Source: Candidatus Microbacterium colombiense
GTDB taxonomy: Bacteria; Actinomycetota; Actinomycetes; Actinomycetales; Microbacteriaceae
Reading direction: 5' to 3'
Assembly (NCBI GenBank): GCA_029203165.1
Contig: CP119308.1
Coordinates: forward strand, 2,885,467-2,949,466
Length of the DNA: 64,000 nt
Shown: piece after piece, positions 54,897 to 63,304 of the stretch
Layout of the letters: each line of letters begins with the position of its first letter
Numbering within the stretch: the stretch's first letter is position 1
The notes under the pieces: model-generated
Databases searched by the model: none
Told to the model about the DNA's origin: nothing
The model's input: only the letters and a program-made list of their open reading frames with translations
Position numbers and translations under genes: made by a program

Positions 54897-55979
54897 ATGG
54901 CTGCCATGGCGACCGAGGAAGATCTCGGCACGCGCATCGAGGAAGCACTCCGCCAGCGGTTCGCGGAACGGGGTGCGGCTGCAGAGGCGTACGGGCCCGA
55001 GTTCACCTCGTTGTGGCACACGGCAGCAGACCATGCGCTGGGCGGAAAGCTGATCCGTCCCCGTCTTCTGCTCGACTTCCGACTCGCCCTCGCCCCTGCG
55101 GGTCTCACGGCGTCGGAGGCGGAGCGCGCGGTCGACGTGGCGGCGCATGTGGAGCTGCTCCACTACGCGTTCCTCCTTCATGACGACGTGATCGACGGCG
55201 ATCTGATCCGACGACGTCGACCGAACCTCATCGGCGATCTCGCCGACCGTCGCCCGGGTCTGCCGGATGATGCGGAACTGCACTGGGCCCGCTCCAGTGC
55301 GATCCTGATGGGCGACCTGCTGCTCGCTGCCGCCGTGCTCGGTTTCGCCCGTGCCGATGTCGCACCCGAGACCAGGGAGCGCCTCCTGGCGATGATGGAG
55401 CAGACGATCCTCGAGACCGTCGCCGGCGAGCACACCGACGTCGGTCTGAGCGACGGCATCATCCCGCCCGACCTGCGGACCATCCTGTCGATGAGCGCCT
55501 ACAAGACGGCGACCTACTCCTTCGTCCTCCCCCTGCGCGCGGCGGCCGTGCTCGCCGGCGCCCCCACGCAGGCCGAAGAGCAGCTGGCGGCGATCGGCCG
55601 GCACCTCGGACTCGCCTACCAGTTGCAGGATGACCTGCTCTCGGTGTTCGGCGACGCACAGGAGCATGGGAAGGATGCCTACTCCGATCTGCGTGAGGGC
55701 AAGGAGACGGCGATCATCGCGTACGCCCGCATGACCGGGCACTGGCCCAGCATCGAGCTGCACTTCGGGTCGGCCGAACTGAGCGTGCAGCAGTGCGCCG
55801 ACATCCGCGACCGCCTGAGCGAGAGCGGCGCCGAGCAGTTCGCCCGCAGCCTGGTCGAGGAGCAACTCGGAGCGGTCTCGACCGTGCTCGGGGAGGCGGA
55901 GGCGGCCGGCACGATCTCCCCCGCTGCCGGCCGGACCATCCTCGAACTGGCCTCGCGCATCGAGAGCCGGCGCGCATGA
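54897..55979 (+). CDS. crtE: Polyprenyl synthetase, geranylgeranyl-diphosphate synthase
   Basis: 360-aa ORF with FARM LLHDDVIDGD and SARM YQLQDDLLS. First biosynthetic gene of the carotenoid operon. Confidence 0.85.
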   Translation: MAAMATEEDLGTRIEEALRQRFAERGAAAEAYGPEFTSLWHTAADHALGGKLIRPRLLLDFRLALAPAGLTASEAERAVDVAAHVELLHYAFLLHDDVIDGDLIRRRRPNLIGDLADRRPGLPDDAELHWARSSAILMGDLLLAAAVLGFARADVAPETRERLLAMMEQTILETVAGEHTDVGLSDGIIPPDLRTILSMSAYKTATYSFVLPLRAAAVLAGAPTQAEEQLAAIGRHLGLAYQLQDDLLSVFGDAQEHGKDAYSDLREGKETAIIAYARMTGHWPSIELHFGSAELSVQQCADIRDRLSESGAEQFARSLVEEQLGAVSTVLGEAEAAGTISPAAGRTILELASRIESRRA

Positions 55980-56884
55980 CCGGGATTCCCGCGAGTCCGC
56001 ACGACGGCGGTGCACTCGACCGTTTCACCCGCACCGCCGAGATCGCGACAACCGATGTCATCCGCACCTACTCGACCTCCTTCGGCATCGCGACACGACT
56101 GCTGGGACGCCGCCATCGCCAGCACGTGCGCAACATCTACGCGATGGTGCGCATCGCCGACGAGATCGTCGACGGCGTGGCTGCGGAGGCAGGACTGGAT
56201 TCCGCCGGGCAGAGCGATGCGCTGGCGTCGTATGTCGCCGAGACGCATCGCTCGATGCGCTCCGGGTACAGCAGCGACCTGATCCTGCACGCCTTCGCCC
56301 GCACGGCCCGGGAATGCGGCATCGGCGAAGATCTGACCGGACCGTTCTTCGACTCGATGCGCGCCGACATCCCGAGTGCCACGGCCTTCACCGCCTATGA
56401 CGCGGACGCCCATGCGCGCTATGTGTACGGCTCTGCCGAGGTCGTCGGTCTGATGTGCACCCGGGTCTTCCTCCGCGGTGCCGAACGGTCGGCCGAGGAA
56501 GAGGCGATCATTGACCGGGGAGCCAGGCAGCTCGGCGCCGCCTTCCAGAACGTCAATTTCCTGCGCGACCTCGCAGACGACACCGATCGACTGCATCGCG
56601 GGTACCTGGGCGGGGCGGAGCGCCTCACCACGGCCGACCGCGACGCCTGGGTCTCGACGGTGCGCGAGCAGCTCGACGACGCCCGCCGCGCGATCCCGCT
56701 CCTGCCGAAGGATTCCCGGGCCGCGGTCCGCAGCGCTCTCGCCCTGTTCGCCGCGCTGACGCAACGGGTGGCGAAGACCCCCGTCGACGTGCTCTATCGC
56801 CGGCGCGTGCGTGTCGCCGATCCCGTGAAAGCGCTGCTCGCGGCCCGGGCGGTCCTCGTGACAGCGGTGGAGCGCGACCGATGA
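55976..56884 (+). CDS. crtB: Phytoene synthase
   Basis: Located within ORF 55793..56884, with ATG at 55976 (ATGA overlap). It has SFGIATRLL, YAMVRIADEIVD (first DxxxD-type motif) and FQNVNFLRDLADD (second Asp-rich motif). Confidence 0.9.
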   Translation: MTGIPASPHDGGALDRFTRTAEIATTDVIRTYSTSFGIATRLLGRRHRQHVRNIYAMVRIADEIVDGVAAEAGLDSAGQSDALASYVAETHRSMRSGYSSDLILHAFARTARECGIGEDLTGPFFDSMRADIPSATAFTAYDADAHARYVYGSAEVVGLMCTRVFLRGAERSAEEEAIIDRGARQLGAAFQNVNFLRDLADDTDRLHRGYLGGAERLTTADRDAWVSTVREQLDDARRAIPLLPKDSRAAVRSALALFAALTQRVAKTPVDVLYRRRVRVADPVKALLAARAVLVTAVERDR

Positions 56885-58488
56885 GCCGCGTCGTGGTGAT
56901 CGGGGCGGGCGTGGCCGGCCTGGCCGTCGCCGGCCTCCTCGCACGCGACGGGCACGAGGTGACCGTCCTGGAGAAGAACGATCGCGTCGGCGGACGCGCC
57001 GGAACGGTCGAGCGTGACGGCTTCCGTTTCGACTCCGGCCCGTCGTGGTACCTGATGCCCGAGGTCTTCGAGCACTTCTTCACGATGATGGGCACCACGG
57101 TCGACGAGCAGCTGGATCTGACGCGCCTCGACCCCGCCTATCGGATCTTCCGCGAGCCGCAGGCGTCGGGCGGCCTCGTCCCTCCCGTCACCGTGCCCGC
57201 CGGACGGGAGCGCGTCGCCGAGCTGTTCGAGGAGCTCGAACAGGGATCGGCTCCCGCCCTCGCCGCGTATCTCGACTCGGCGCGCGATGCGAGCGCGATG
57301 GCAGAGCGGTACTTCCTCTACAACCCGTTCACTCGCATCCGCTCACTGCTCGCGCCCGAGGTGCTGCGCGCACTTCCCCGTCTGTTCTCCCTGCTCGGCA
57401 CCCGACTGCAGGCGTTCGCGGCGCGACGGTTCCGGAATCCGGTGATCCGGCAGATCCTCGGCTACCCCGCTGTGTTCCTGGGCACCGATCCGCGCCGCGC
57501 GCCGGCCATGTACCACCTCATGAGCGCGCTGGATCTGGACCAGGGCGTCAGCTACCCGCAAGGTGGATTCTGGCGAGTCGTCGAGCGGATCGAGCACCTC
57601 GCGTCCGAGGCCGGCGCCGTTATCGTCACCGGCGCCGAGGTCACCGGCATCCGCACGGAGGATGCCGAGGGCGGCACGCACGTGACCGGCGTCGGATGGC
57701 GTGACGCCGATGGCACCTCGCGCCTCGAGCACGCCGACATCGTCGTGTCCGCTGCCGACCTGCACCACACGGAGACCGTGCTGCTTCCGCCGTCGCTGCA
57801 GACCTACCCGGAGTCGTGGTGGAAGCGACGCACGAGCGGCCCCGGGGGCATCCTCGTCATGCTGGGGGTGCGCGGGGCACTCTCCCAGCTGCCGCACCAT
57901 TCGCTGTTCTTCGCGGATGACTGGGATGCGAACTTCGACGCCATCTTCGGCGACGATCCCGCGATCCCCTCCCCCGCATCGACGTACGTCTGCCGCCCGA
58001 GCGCCACCGATCCGACGGTGGCCCCGGCAGGGCATGAGAACCTCTTCATCCTGGTCCCCGTGCCGGCCGACGTCGCGCTCGGCCACGGCGGCGCGGACGG
58101 CACAGGCTCCCCCGCCGTGGAGCGCGCGGCGGACGCCGCGATCGACCTCGTCGCGCGGTGGGCCGACATCCCCGACCTCCGCGACCGCATCGTGGTCCGC
58201 GACACGACGGGTCCCGCCGACTTCCGCGACGACTACCACTCCTGGCGCGGCGGGATGCTCGGACCCGCGCACATCCTCTCGCAGAGCGCGTTGTTCCGCG
58301 CACAGAACGCGTCGCGCCAGGTCGGTGGCCTGTTCTACGCCGGCGGTACCACCGCACCGGGCGTCGGTGTGCCGATGTGCCTCATCAGTGCGGAGATCGT
58401 GCTCAAGCGCATCCGTGGCGACGAGACGGGCGGGCCGCTTCCCGAACCCGCGGCCGTCTCGAAAGCCGCGCAGCGGGAGTCCGACTGA
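56881..58488 (+). CDS. crtI: Phytoene desaturase
   Basis: 535-aa ORF (ATGA overlap). It has VVVIGAGVAGLAVAGLLARDGHEVTVLEKNDRVGGRA (FAD Rossmann), DSGPSWYLMPEVFE and a C-terminal GLFYAGGTTAPGVGVPMC. Confidence 0.95.
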   Translation: MSRVVVIGAGVAGLAVAGLLARDGHEVTVLEKNDRVGGRAGTVERDGFRFDSGPSWYLMPEVFEHFFTMMGTTVDEQLDLTRLDPAYRIFREPQASGGLVPPVTVPAGRERVAELFEELEQGSAPALAAYLDSARDASAMAERYFLYNPFTRIRSLLAPEVLRALPRLFSLLGTRLQAFAARRFRNPVIRQILGYPAVFLGTDPRRAPAMYHLMSALDLDQGVSYPQGGFWRVVERIEHLASEAGAVIVTGAEVTGIRTEDAEGGTHVTGVGWRDADGTSRLEHADIVVSAADLHHTETVLLPPSLQTYPESWWKRRTSGPGGILVMLGVRGALSQLPHHSLFFADDWDANFDAIFGDDPAIPSPASTYVCRPSATDPTVAPAGHENLFILVPVPADVALGHGGADGTGSPAVERAADAAIDLVARWADIPDLRDRIVVRDTTGPADFRDDYHSWRGGMLGPAHILSQSALFRAQNASRQVGGLFYAGGTTAPGVGVPMCLISAEIVLKRIRGDETGGPLPEPAAVSKAAQRESD

Positions 58489-58844
58489 TGGGCGTGCTGT
58501 ATCTGGCCGCCCTGATGCTGGCCCTCGGGTGCATGCTCCTGCTGGACTGGCGGTTCCGTCTGTTCTTCTGGCGCGATCCGCTCGCCGCCGTCATCGTCAC
58601 GGCGGTGGGTCTCGCCTTCTTCCTCGTGTGGGATGTCGCGGGGATCGCCGCCGGCATCTTCTTCCGGGGTGACGCGACGATCGCGACCGGCATCCTCCTG
58701 GCGCCGGAGCTGCCACTGGAGGAACCTGTCTTCCTGCTCTTCCTGGTCGTGTGCACCATGGTCGTCTACACGGGTGCGGCGAAGATCCTCCGGTCGCTCC
58801 GCCAGCGCTCCCACGCCGCAGCGGTGGAGGAGGCACGGCGATGA
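58488..58844 (+). CDS. crtYe: Lycopene-cyclase-domain protein, C50 carotenoid cyclase subunit (CrtYe/CrtYg/LbtA type)
   Basis: Located within ORF 58158..58844, with ATG at 58488 (TGATG overlap with crtI). 118 aa, three TM helices, PLEEPVFL motif typical of heterodimeric lycopene cyclase-domain proteins. The end-group type (epsilon, gamma or beta) cannot be told from sequence by eye. Confidence 0.75.
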   Translation: MGVLYLAALMLALGCMLLLDWRFRLFFWRDPLAAVIVTAVGLAFFLVWDVAGIAAGIFFRGDATIATGILLAPELPLEEPVFLLFLVVCTMVVYTGAAKILRSLRQRSHAAAVEEARR

Positions 58845-59182
58845 CCTACCTGCAGCTCGCCGCGTGGTTCCTCGGCGCCGCGGCCCTCGTGAGCATCGTG
58901 CTGATCCTGCTCGCTCACCCCCGCGGTCCCCGTCCGACGGCGATCGCGCTCACGGTGCTGGTGCTGTTCCTGCTCACGGCGACGTTCGACACGATCATGA
59001 TCGCGAGCGGCCTCTTCCACTACTCCGGCCGGCACCTGCTCGACGTCCACATCGGCCTCGCTCCGATCGAGGACTTCGCCTACCCGCTCGCCGGCGCCGT
59101 GCTGCTTCCGAGCCTGTGGGCGCTGCTGCGCACGCGGCGCGGCGCCGCGGTGCAGCTTCTCCCCCACCGGGAGGACGAATGA
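58841..59182 (+). CDS. crtYf: Lycopene-cyclase-domain protein, second C50 carotenoid cyclase subunit (CrtYf/CrtYh/LbtB type)
   Basis: Located within ORF 58751..59182, with ATG at 58841 (ATGA overlap). 113 aa, three TM helices, APIEDFAYPL motif. Confidence 0.75.
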   Translation: MTYLQLAAWFLGAAALVSIVLILLAHPRGPRPTAIALTVLVLFLLTATFDTIMIASGLFHYSGRHLLDVHIGLAPIEDFAYPLAGAVLLPSLWALLRTRRGAAVQLLPHREDE

Positions 59183-60069
59183 GCGCGCCCGCAGCGACAC
59201 CGTCGATCCTTCGCGATCTCGCGCAGATCCTGCTCTCCTCCCGTCCGATCAGCTGGATCAACACCGCCTTCCCCTTCGCCGCCGCCTACCTGCTGAGCGC
59301 GCGCGAGGTCGATGCGACGCTCATCATCGGCACCCTGTACTTCCTGGTGCCGTACAACCTGGCGATGTACGGCATCAACGACGTGTTCGACTACGCCTCC
59401 GATCTGGCGAACCCACGCAAGGGCGGGATCGAAGGCGCGCTCCTGGCTCCGCGCATGCACCGCCCGACGCTGTGGGCCGCAGCGGTCACGAACATCCCGT
59501 TCCTGATCTATCTCGTGGTGGTCGGCAACCCCGCGTCGTGGATCTGGCTCGCGGTGAGCGTGTTCGCCGTGATCGCGTACTCCGCTCCCGGGCTCCGCTT
59601 CAAGGAGCGTCCGTTCCTCGACTCGATCACCTCGAGCACGCACTTCGTCAGCCCCGCCATCGTCGGTCTCGCTCTCGCCGGCGCCGACCTCACGATCGGC
59701 GGCGTGATCGTCTTCGTGGCGTTCTTCCTGTGGGGCACGGCCGCCCATGCCTTCGGAGCCGTGCAGGACATCGGCCCCGACCGGGAGGGCGGCATCTCCT
59801 CGGTCGCCACCGTGATCGGAGCCAGGGCCACGGTGCGCCTGTCGGTGGCCCTGTGGTTCATCGCGGGCGCCGGGATGCTGCTGACACCCTGGCCCGGCCC
59901 CCTCGCCGCCGTGCTGGCCCTTCCCTACCTGATCAACGCGCTCCCCTGGTGGAACGTCACCGACGAGGGGTCGGCTGCGACCAATCGCTCCTGGCGACGC
60001 TTCATCGCCCTCAACTACATCGCGGGCTTCCTCGCGACCATGATCCTCATCCTCGCCTGGGTCTCCTGA
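59179..60069 (+). CDS. crtEb: UbiA-family prenyltransferase, lycopene elongase
   Basis: Located within ORF 58633..60069, with ATG at 59179 (ATGA overlap). It has the Asp-rich motifs NDVFDYASD and AVQDIGPDRE and 8-9 TM helices. It follows the cyclase subunits as in decaprenoxanthin-type clusters. Confidence 0.8.
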   Translation: MSAPAATPSILRDLAQILLSSRPISWINTAFPFAAAYLLSAREVDATLIIGTLYFLVPYNLAMYGINDVFDYASDLANPRKGGIEGALLAPRMHRPTLWAAAVTNIPFLIYLVVVGNPASWIWLAVSVFAVIAYSAPGLRFKERPFLDSITSSTHFVSPAIVGLALAGADLTIGGVIVFVAFFLWGTAAHAFGAVQDIGPDREGGISSVATVIGARATVRLSVALWFIAGAGMLLTPWPGPLAAVLALPYLINALPWWNVTDEGSAATNRSWRRFIALNYIAGFLATMILILAWVS

Positions 60070-60101
60070 CCCCCGCGCACCCCTTCCGGAAGGAACCCCC
60101 G

Positions 60102-62289
60102 ATGTCCCGCCCCACAGACGCGCCCACTCCGACGACGCGAGAACGCTCGCGCCGCCACTCCTGGGTGCGGGTGCTCATCCCCGTCGCGCTGATCCTGGTG
60201 TGGCTGGTGGGCGCGTCCCTCGGCGGCCCGCTGTTCGGCAAGGTCGACGAGGTCTCCTCCAACGATCAGACGAGCTACCTGCCGGAGTCGGCCGACGCGA
60301 CGCAGGTGCAGAAGCTGCTCGGCGAGTTCAACGACAGCGAATCCATCCCCGCCATCGCCCTCTTCACCTCTGACGAGAAGCTGACCGACGCTGAGTTCGA
60401 CGCGATCTCGGATGCCGTGGCTGATGCGCCGTCCGTTGAAGGAGTGAGCGACGACGTCTCTCCGGCGCTCCCCTCCGATGACGGCAAAGCGGTGCAGGCG
60501 TTCATCCCGATCCAGAGCGACGCGGAACTCGCCGATGCCACCACAGCGCTGGGCGAGGAGTTGCGGGCAGCGGTACCCGACAACGTCTCGGTCTACATCA
60601 CGGGACCGGCGGGCTTCAGCGCCGATCTCGTGGCCGGCTTCTCCGGTATCGACGGGCTCCTCCTCGGCGTCGCGCTCCTGGCCGTGCTCGTGATCCTCGT
60701 CCTCGTCTATCGGTCGTTCCTGCTGCCGCTCGTCGTGCTCTCGACCAGCCTTTTCGCGCTGTGCGTCGCCCTGCTCGTGGTGTGGTGGCTTGCGAAGTTC
60801 GAGGTGCTGCTGCTGAGCGGTCAGACCCAGGGCATCCTGTTCATCCTCGTGATCGGTGCCGCGACCGACTACGCACTGCTGTTCGTCGCCCGCTTCCGCG
60901 AGGAGCTCCGTGTGGCCCACGACAAGGGCACCGCCGTGCTCGCCGCGTGGAAGGGCTCGTTCGAGCCGATCGTCGCGTCCGGTGGCACCGTGATCGCGGG
61001 ACTCCTGTGCCTGCTGCTCAGCGACCTCAAGTCGAACAGCACGCTCGGTCCGGTTGCCGCGATCGGCATCGTCTTCGCGATGCTGGCCGCGCTCACCCTG
61101 CTTCCCGCCCTGCTGCTGCTCTTCGGCCGTGCCGTGTTCTGGCCGCGGCGCCCGCGCTTCGAGCCCGAGGTCGTCGCGGAAGAGCACGGTATGCGCACCA
61201 CAGGCCTGTGGGCGCGGCTGGCCGGCCTCATCAAGCGCCGCCCGCGCGTGATCTGGGTCGTCACCACACTCGTGCTGCTGGTCGGTGCCGCGGGGCTCAC
61301 ACAGCTCGACGCGACGGGCGTGCCCCAGTCCGATCTCGTCCTCGGCGCGTCCGAAGCCCGTGACGGGCAGGTCGCACTCGGCGAGCACTTCCCCGGCGGT
61401 TCCGGAAGCCCCGTGTACGTGGTCGTGACAGGAAGGGTCTCTCCAGGACGCCGCCGACGTGCTGCTCGCGAACGACGGAGTCGACGGAGTATCGGTGACC
61501 GCTGCCGACTCCCCCAGTGGCAGTGCCCCGGTCACCGCCGACGGCATCTCCGCCGTCGGCGCACCCGGCACACCCGCTCCCGCCCCCACGGTCGTCGACG
61601 GCGACGTGCTCCTGCAGGGCACTCTCACCGACGCCGCCGACTCGAACGCCGCGGCATCCACCGTGCGTGACCTGCGCACCGAGCTCGACGGAGTGGACGC
61701 GCTCGTCGGGGGTGTCACCGCGACGGCCATCGACACGAACGATGCATCGATCCACGACCGGAACCTCATCATCCCGGTGATCCTCGTGGTGATCATGTTC
61801 ATCCTGATGCTGCTGCTGCGTTCGATCCTGGCTCCGGTGCTGCTGATCCTCACCACGGTGCTGTCGTTCGGCACGGCGCTGGGCGTCTCGGCGCTGGTCT
61901 TCAACGGCATCTTCGACTTCCCCGGCGCCGACCCGGCCGTCCCGCTCTACGGGTTCGTGTTCCTCGTGGCGCTCGGGATCGACTACAACATCTTCCTGAT
62001 GACGCGGGTGCGCGAGGAGTCGATCGCAGCACGGCACCGCGAGGGCGTGCTGCGCGGGCTGTCGATCACGGGCGGCGTGATCACCTCGGCCGGGCTCGTG
62101 CTCGCGGCGACCTTCGCGGCGCTGTCGGTGATCCCGATCCTGTTCCTCGTGCAGCTGGCGTTCATCGTGGCGTTCGGCGTGCTGCTCGACACGTTCATCG
62201 TGCGGTCGCTTCTGGTGCCCGCCCTCACCTACGACATCGGCAAAGCGATCTGGTGGCCGTCGAAGCTCTGGCGGCGCGGGCAGGACTGA
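60102..62289 (+). pseudogene. MMPL/RND-family transporter, interrupted by a +1 frameshift near 61426..61431
   Basis: The N-terminal half (ATG 60102, MSRPTDAPT...SPVYVVV) lies in one frame within ORF 59472..61670, after which that frame becomes Arg-rich nonsense. The C-terminal half (QEGSLQDAADVLLANDGVDGVSV...WWPSKLWRRGQD) continues in the +1 frame from 61429 to 62289, directly after an in-frame TGA at 61426..61428. Removing one nucleotide around 61428 restores a continuous ~728-aa MMPL protein. Confidence 0.8.
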
Positions 62290-62371
62290 GCCTCAGCCAG
62301 GGAGCTCGGCTACGCTCTAGCCGCCGAGGACTCCGCTGCGAGCCACGCCGTCATTTAGACTGGAGCGGCAG

Positions 62372-62444
62372 GCCCTCGTAGCTCAGGGGATAGAGCAGCC
62401 CTCTCCTAAAGGGCAGGTCGCAGGTTCGAATCCTGTCGCGGGCA
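62372..62444 (+). tRNA. tRNA-Arg (anticodon CCT)
   Basis: GCCCTCGTAGCTCAGGGGATAGAGCAGCCCTCTCCTAAAGGGCAGGTCGCAGGTTCGAATCCTGTCGCGGGCA. This is a 73-nt cloverleaf with anticodon loop CTCCTAA and T-loop GGTTCGAATCC. It has one U5-C68 mismatch in the acceptor stem and a G49-U65 wobble. Confidence 0.85.
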
Positions 62445-62449
62445 CGATC

Positions 62450-62483
62450 GACGAAGGGGCCACCGTGAGGTGGCCCCTTCGTC
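62450..62483. terminator. 15-bp perfect hairpin after tRNA-Arg / after the convergent HNH gene
   Basis: GACGAAGGGGCCACC (62450..62464) GTGA GGTGGCCCCTTCGTC (62469..62483). Confidence 0.7.
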
Positions 62484-62497
62484 GTCCCCGGTCGCGG

Positions 62498-62995
62498 CTA
62501 CGCGGCCAGTTCCAGGTAGGGTTCCCAGCGCGGATCGCTGCGCTCGGTGCCCCGCACCGTCCACGCCGTGCCGTGCGGCGGACGCGGCGTGAACCGCAAC
62601 TCCCACCGCATCTCCTGAGGCGTCCGGTCGCTCTTGACGTTGTTGCACCGCAGGCAGCAGGCGACCAGGTTCTCCCACGAATCGGCCCCACCTCGGGAGC
62701 GGGGAAGGATGTGATCGATCGTGGATGCCGCCTTGCCGCAGTATCCGCACCGGTGGTTGTCGCGGCGCAGCACCCCACGACGCGTCACCGGGATGCGGCG
62801 GGCATTCGGCACGCGCACGTAGCGGGAGAGCACGATGACCGCGGGTCTGTCGTACACGCCATGACTGCCCCAGACCGGGTCGTCTTCGACGCGCTCGATC
62901 ACCGTCGCCTTGTCGTTCATCACGAGAACGATGGCTCTCTTGAAAGACACGATCGCGAGCGGCTCGTATCCGGCGTTCAGGACTAGTGTGCGCAT
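62498..62995 (-). CDS. HNH endonuclease
   Basis: ORF 62498..63034 trimmed to ATG 62995 (MRTLVLNAGYEPLAIVSFKRAIVLV...). The HNH core is RDNHRCGYCGKAASTIDHILPRSRGGADSWENLVACCLRCNNVK. Confidence 0.85.
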   Translation of the reverse strand: MRTLVLNAGYEPLAIVSFKRAIVLVMNDKATVIERVEDDPVWGSHGVYDRPAVIVLSRYVRVPNARRIPVTRRGVLRRDNHRCGYCGKAASTIDHILPRSRGGADSWENLVACCLRCNNVKSDRTPQEMRWELRFTPRPPHGTAWTVRGTERSDPRWEPYLELAA

Positions 62996-63083
62996 TCGGC
63001 ATCCTCTCGATCCGCCGGGACGGCTTCCCGGCACTCTCGAATCACGAGGTCGCGCAGATGGCAGAGCGTTCGCAGAGACCAGA

Positions 63084-63111
63084 AAAGGCGCCGTCTAGAG
63101 ACAGCGCCTTT
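63084..63111 (-). terminator. Intrinsic-terminator-like hairpin with U-run (minus strand)
   Basis: The minus strand reads AAAGGCGC-U-GUCU-CU-AGAC-G-GCGCCUUUUCU. It lies about 190 nt downstream of the M23 peptidase stop and 89 nt upstream of the HNH start. It is one of very few hairpins in the window followed by a T-run. Confidence 0.5.
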
Positions 63112-63304
63112 CGCACACGGCAGTACCGTGCAGTCCCTGCGGGCGATGCAGAAGGACGTGACGACCGAGTCCATCCATGGTTCGGATGCTCGGTATTCGC
63201 GTCATCAGCCTCTCCCGTCTGTGCGACAACGGGATCAGGCTAACCCATCCGCCTGAGAGGAGGCGAAACGCCGGGTGAACGCTCGGGGCGTGTCCTGGTT
63301 CGGA

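Noticed and set aside
61419-61461. Programmed +1 ribosomal frameshift in the MMPL gene
   Set aside because: There is no slippery sequence, no rare-codon pause context and no downstream structure. A simple 1-nt indel (mutation or sequencing error) is more parsimonious.
62983-63174. 63-aa Cys-rich minus-strand ORF in the M23/HNH intergenic region
   Set aside because: GC3 is only about 75% by hand count, against more than 85% in real genes here. It runs straight through the terminator-like hairpin and overlaps the HNH start. No RBS or family motif. I treated it as non-coding, and the region is flagged as a structured RNA candidate instead.
63255-63295. Plus-strand GGGTGAA...GGGG fragments reminiscent of a ydaO (c-di-AMP) riboswitch near a cell-wall hydrolase gene
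   Set aside because: The orientation is wrong: it lies on the plus strand at the 3' end of the minus-strand M23 gene. Other conserved ydaO blocks were not found, so the resemblance is probably chance.
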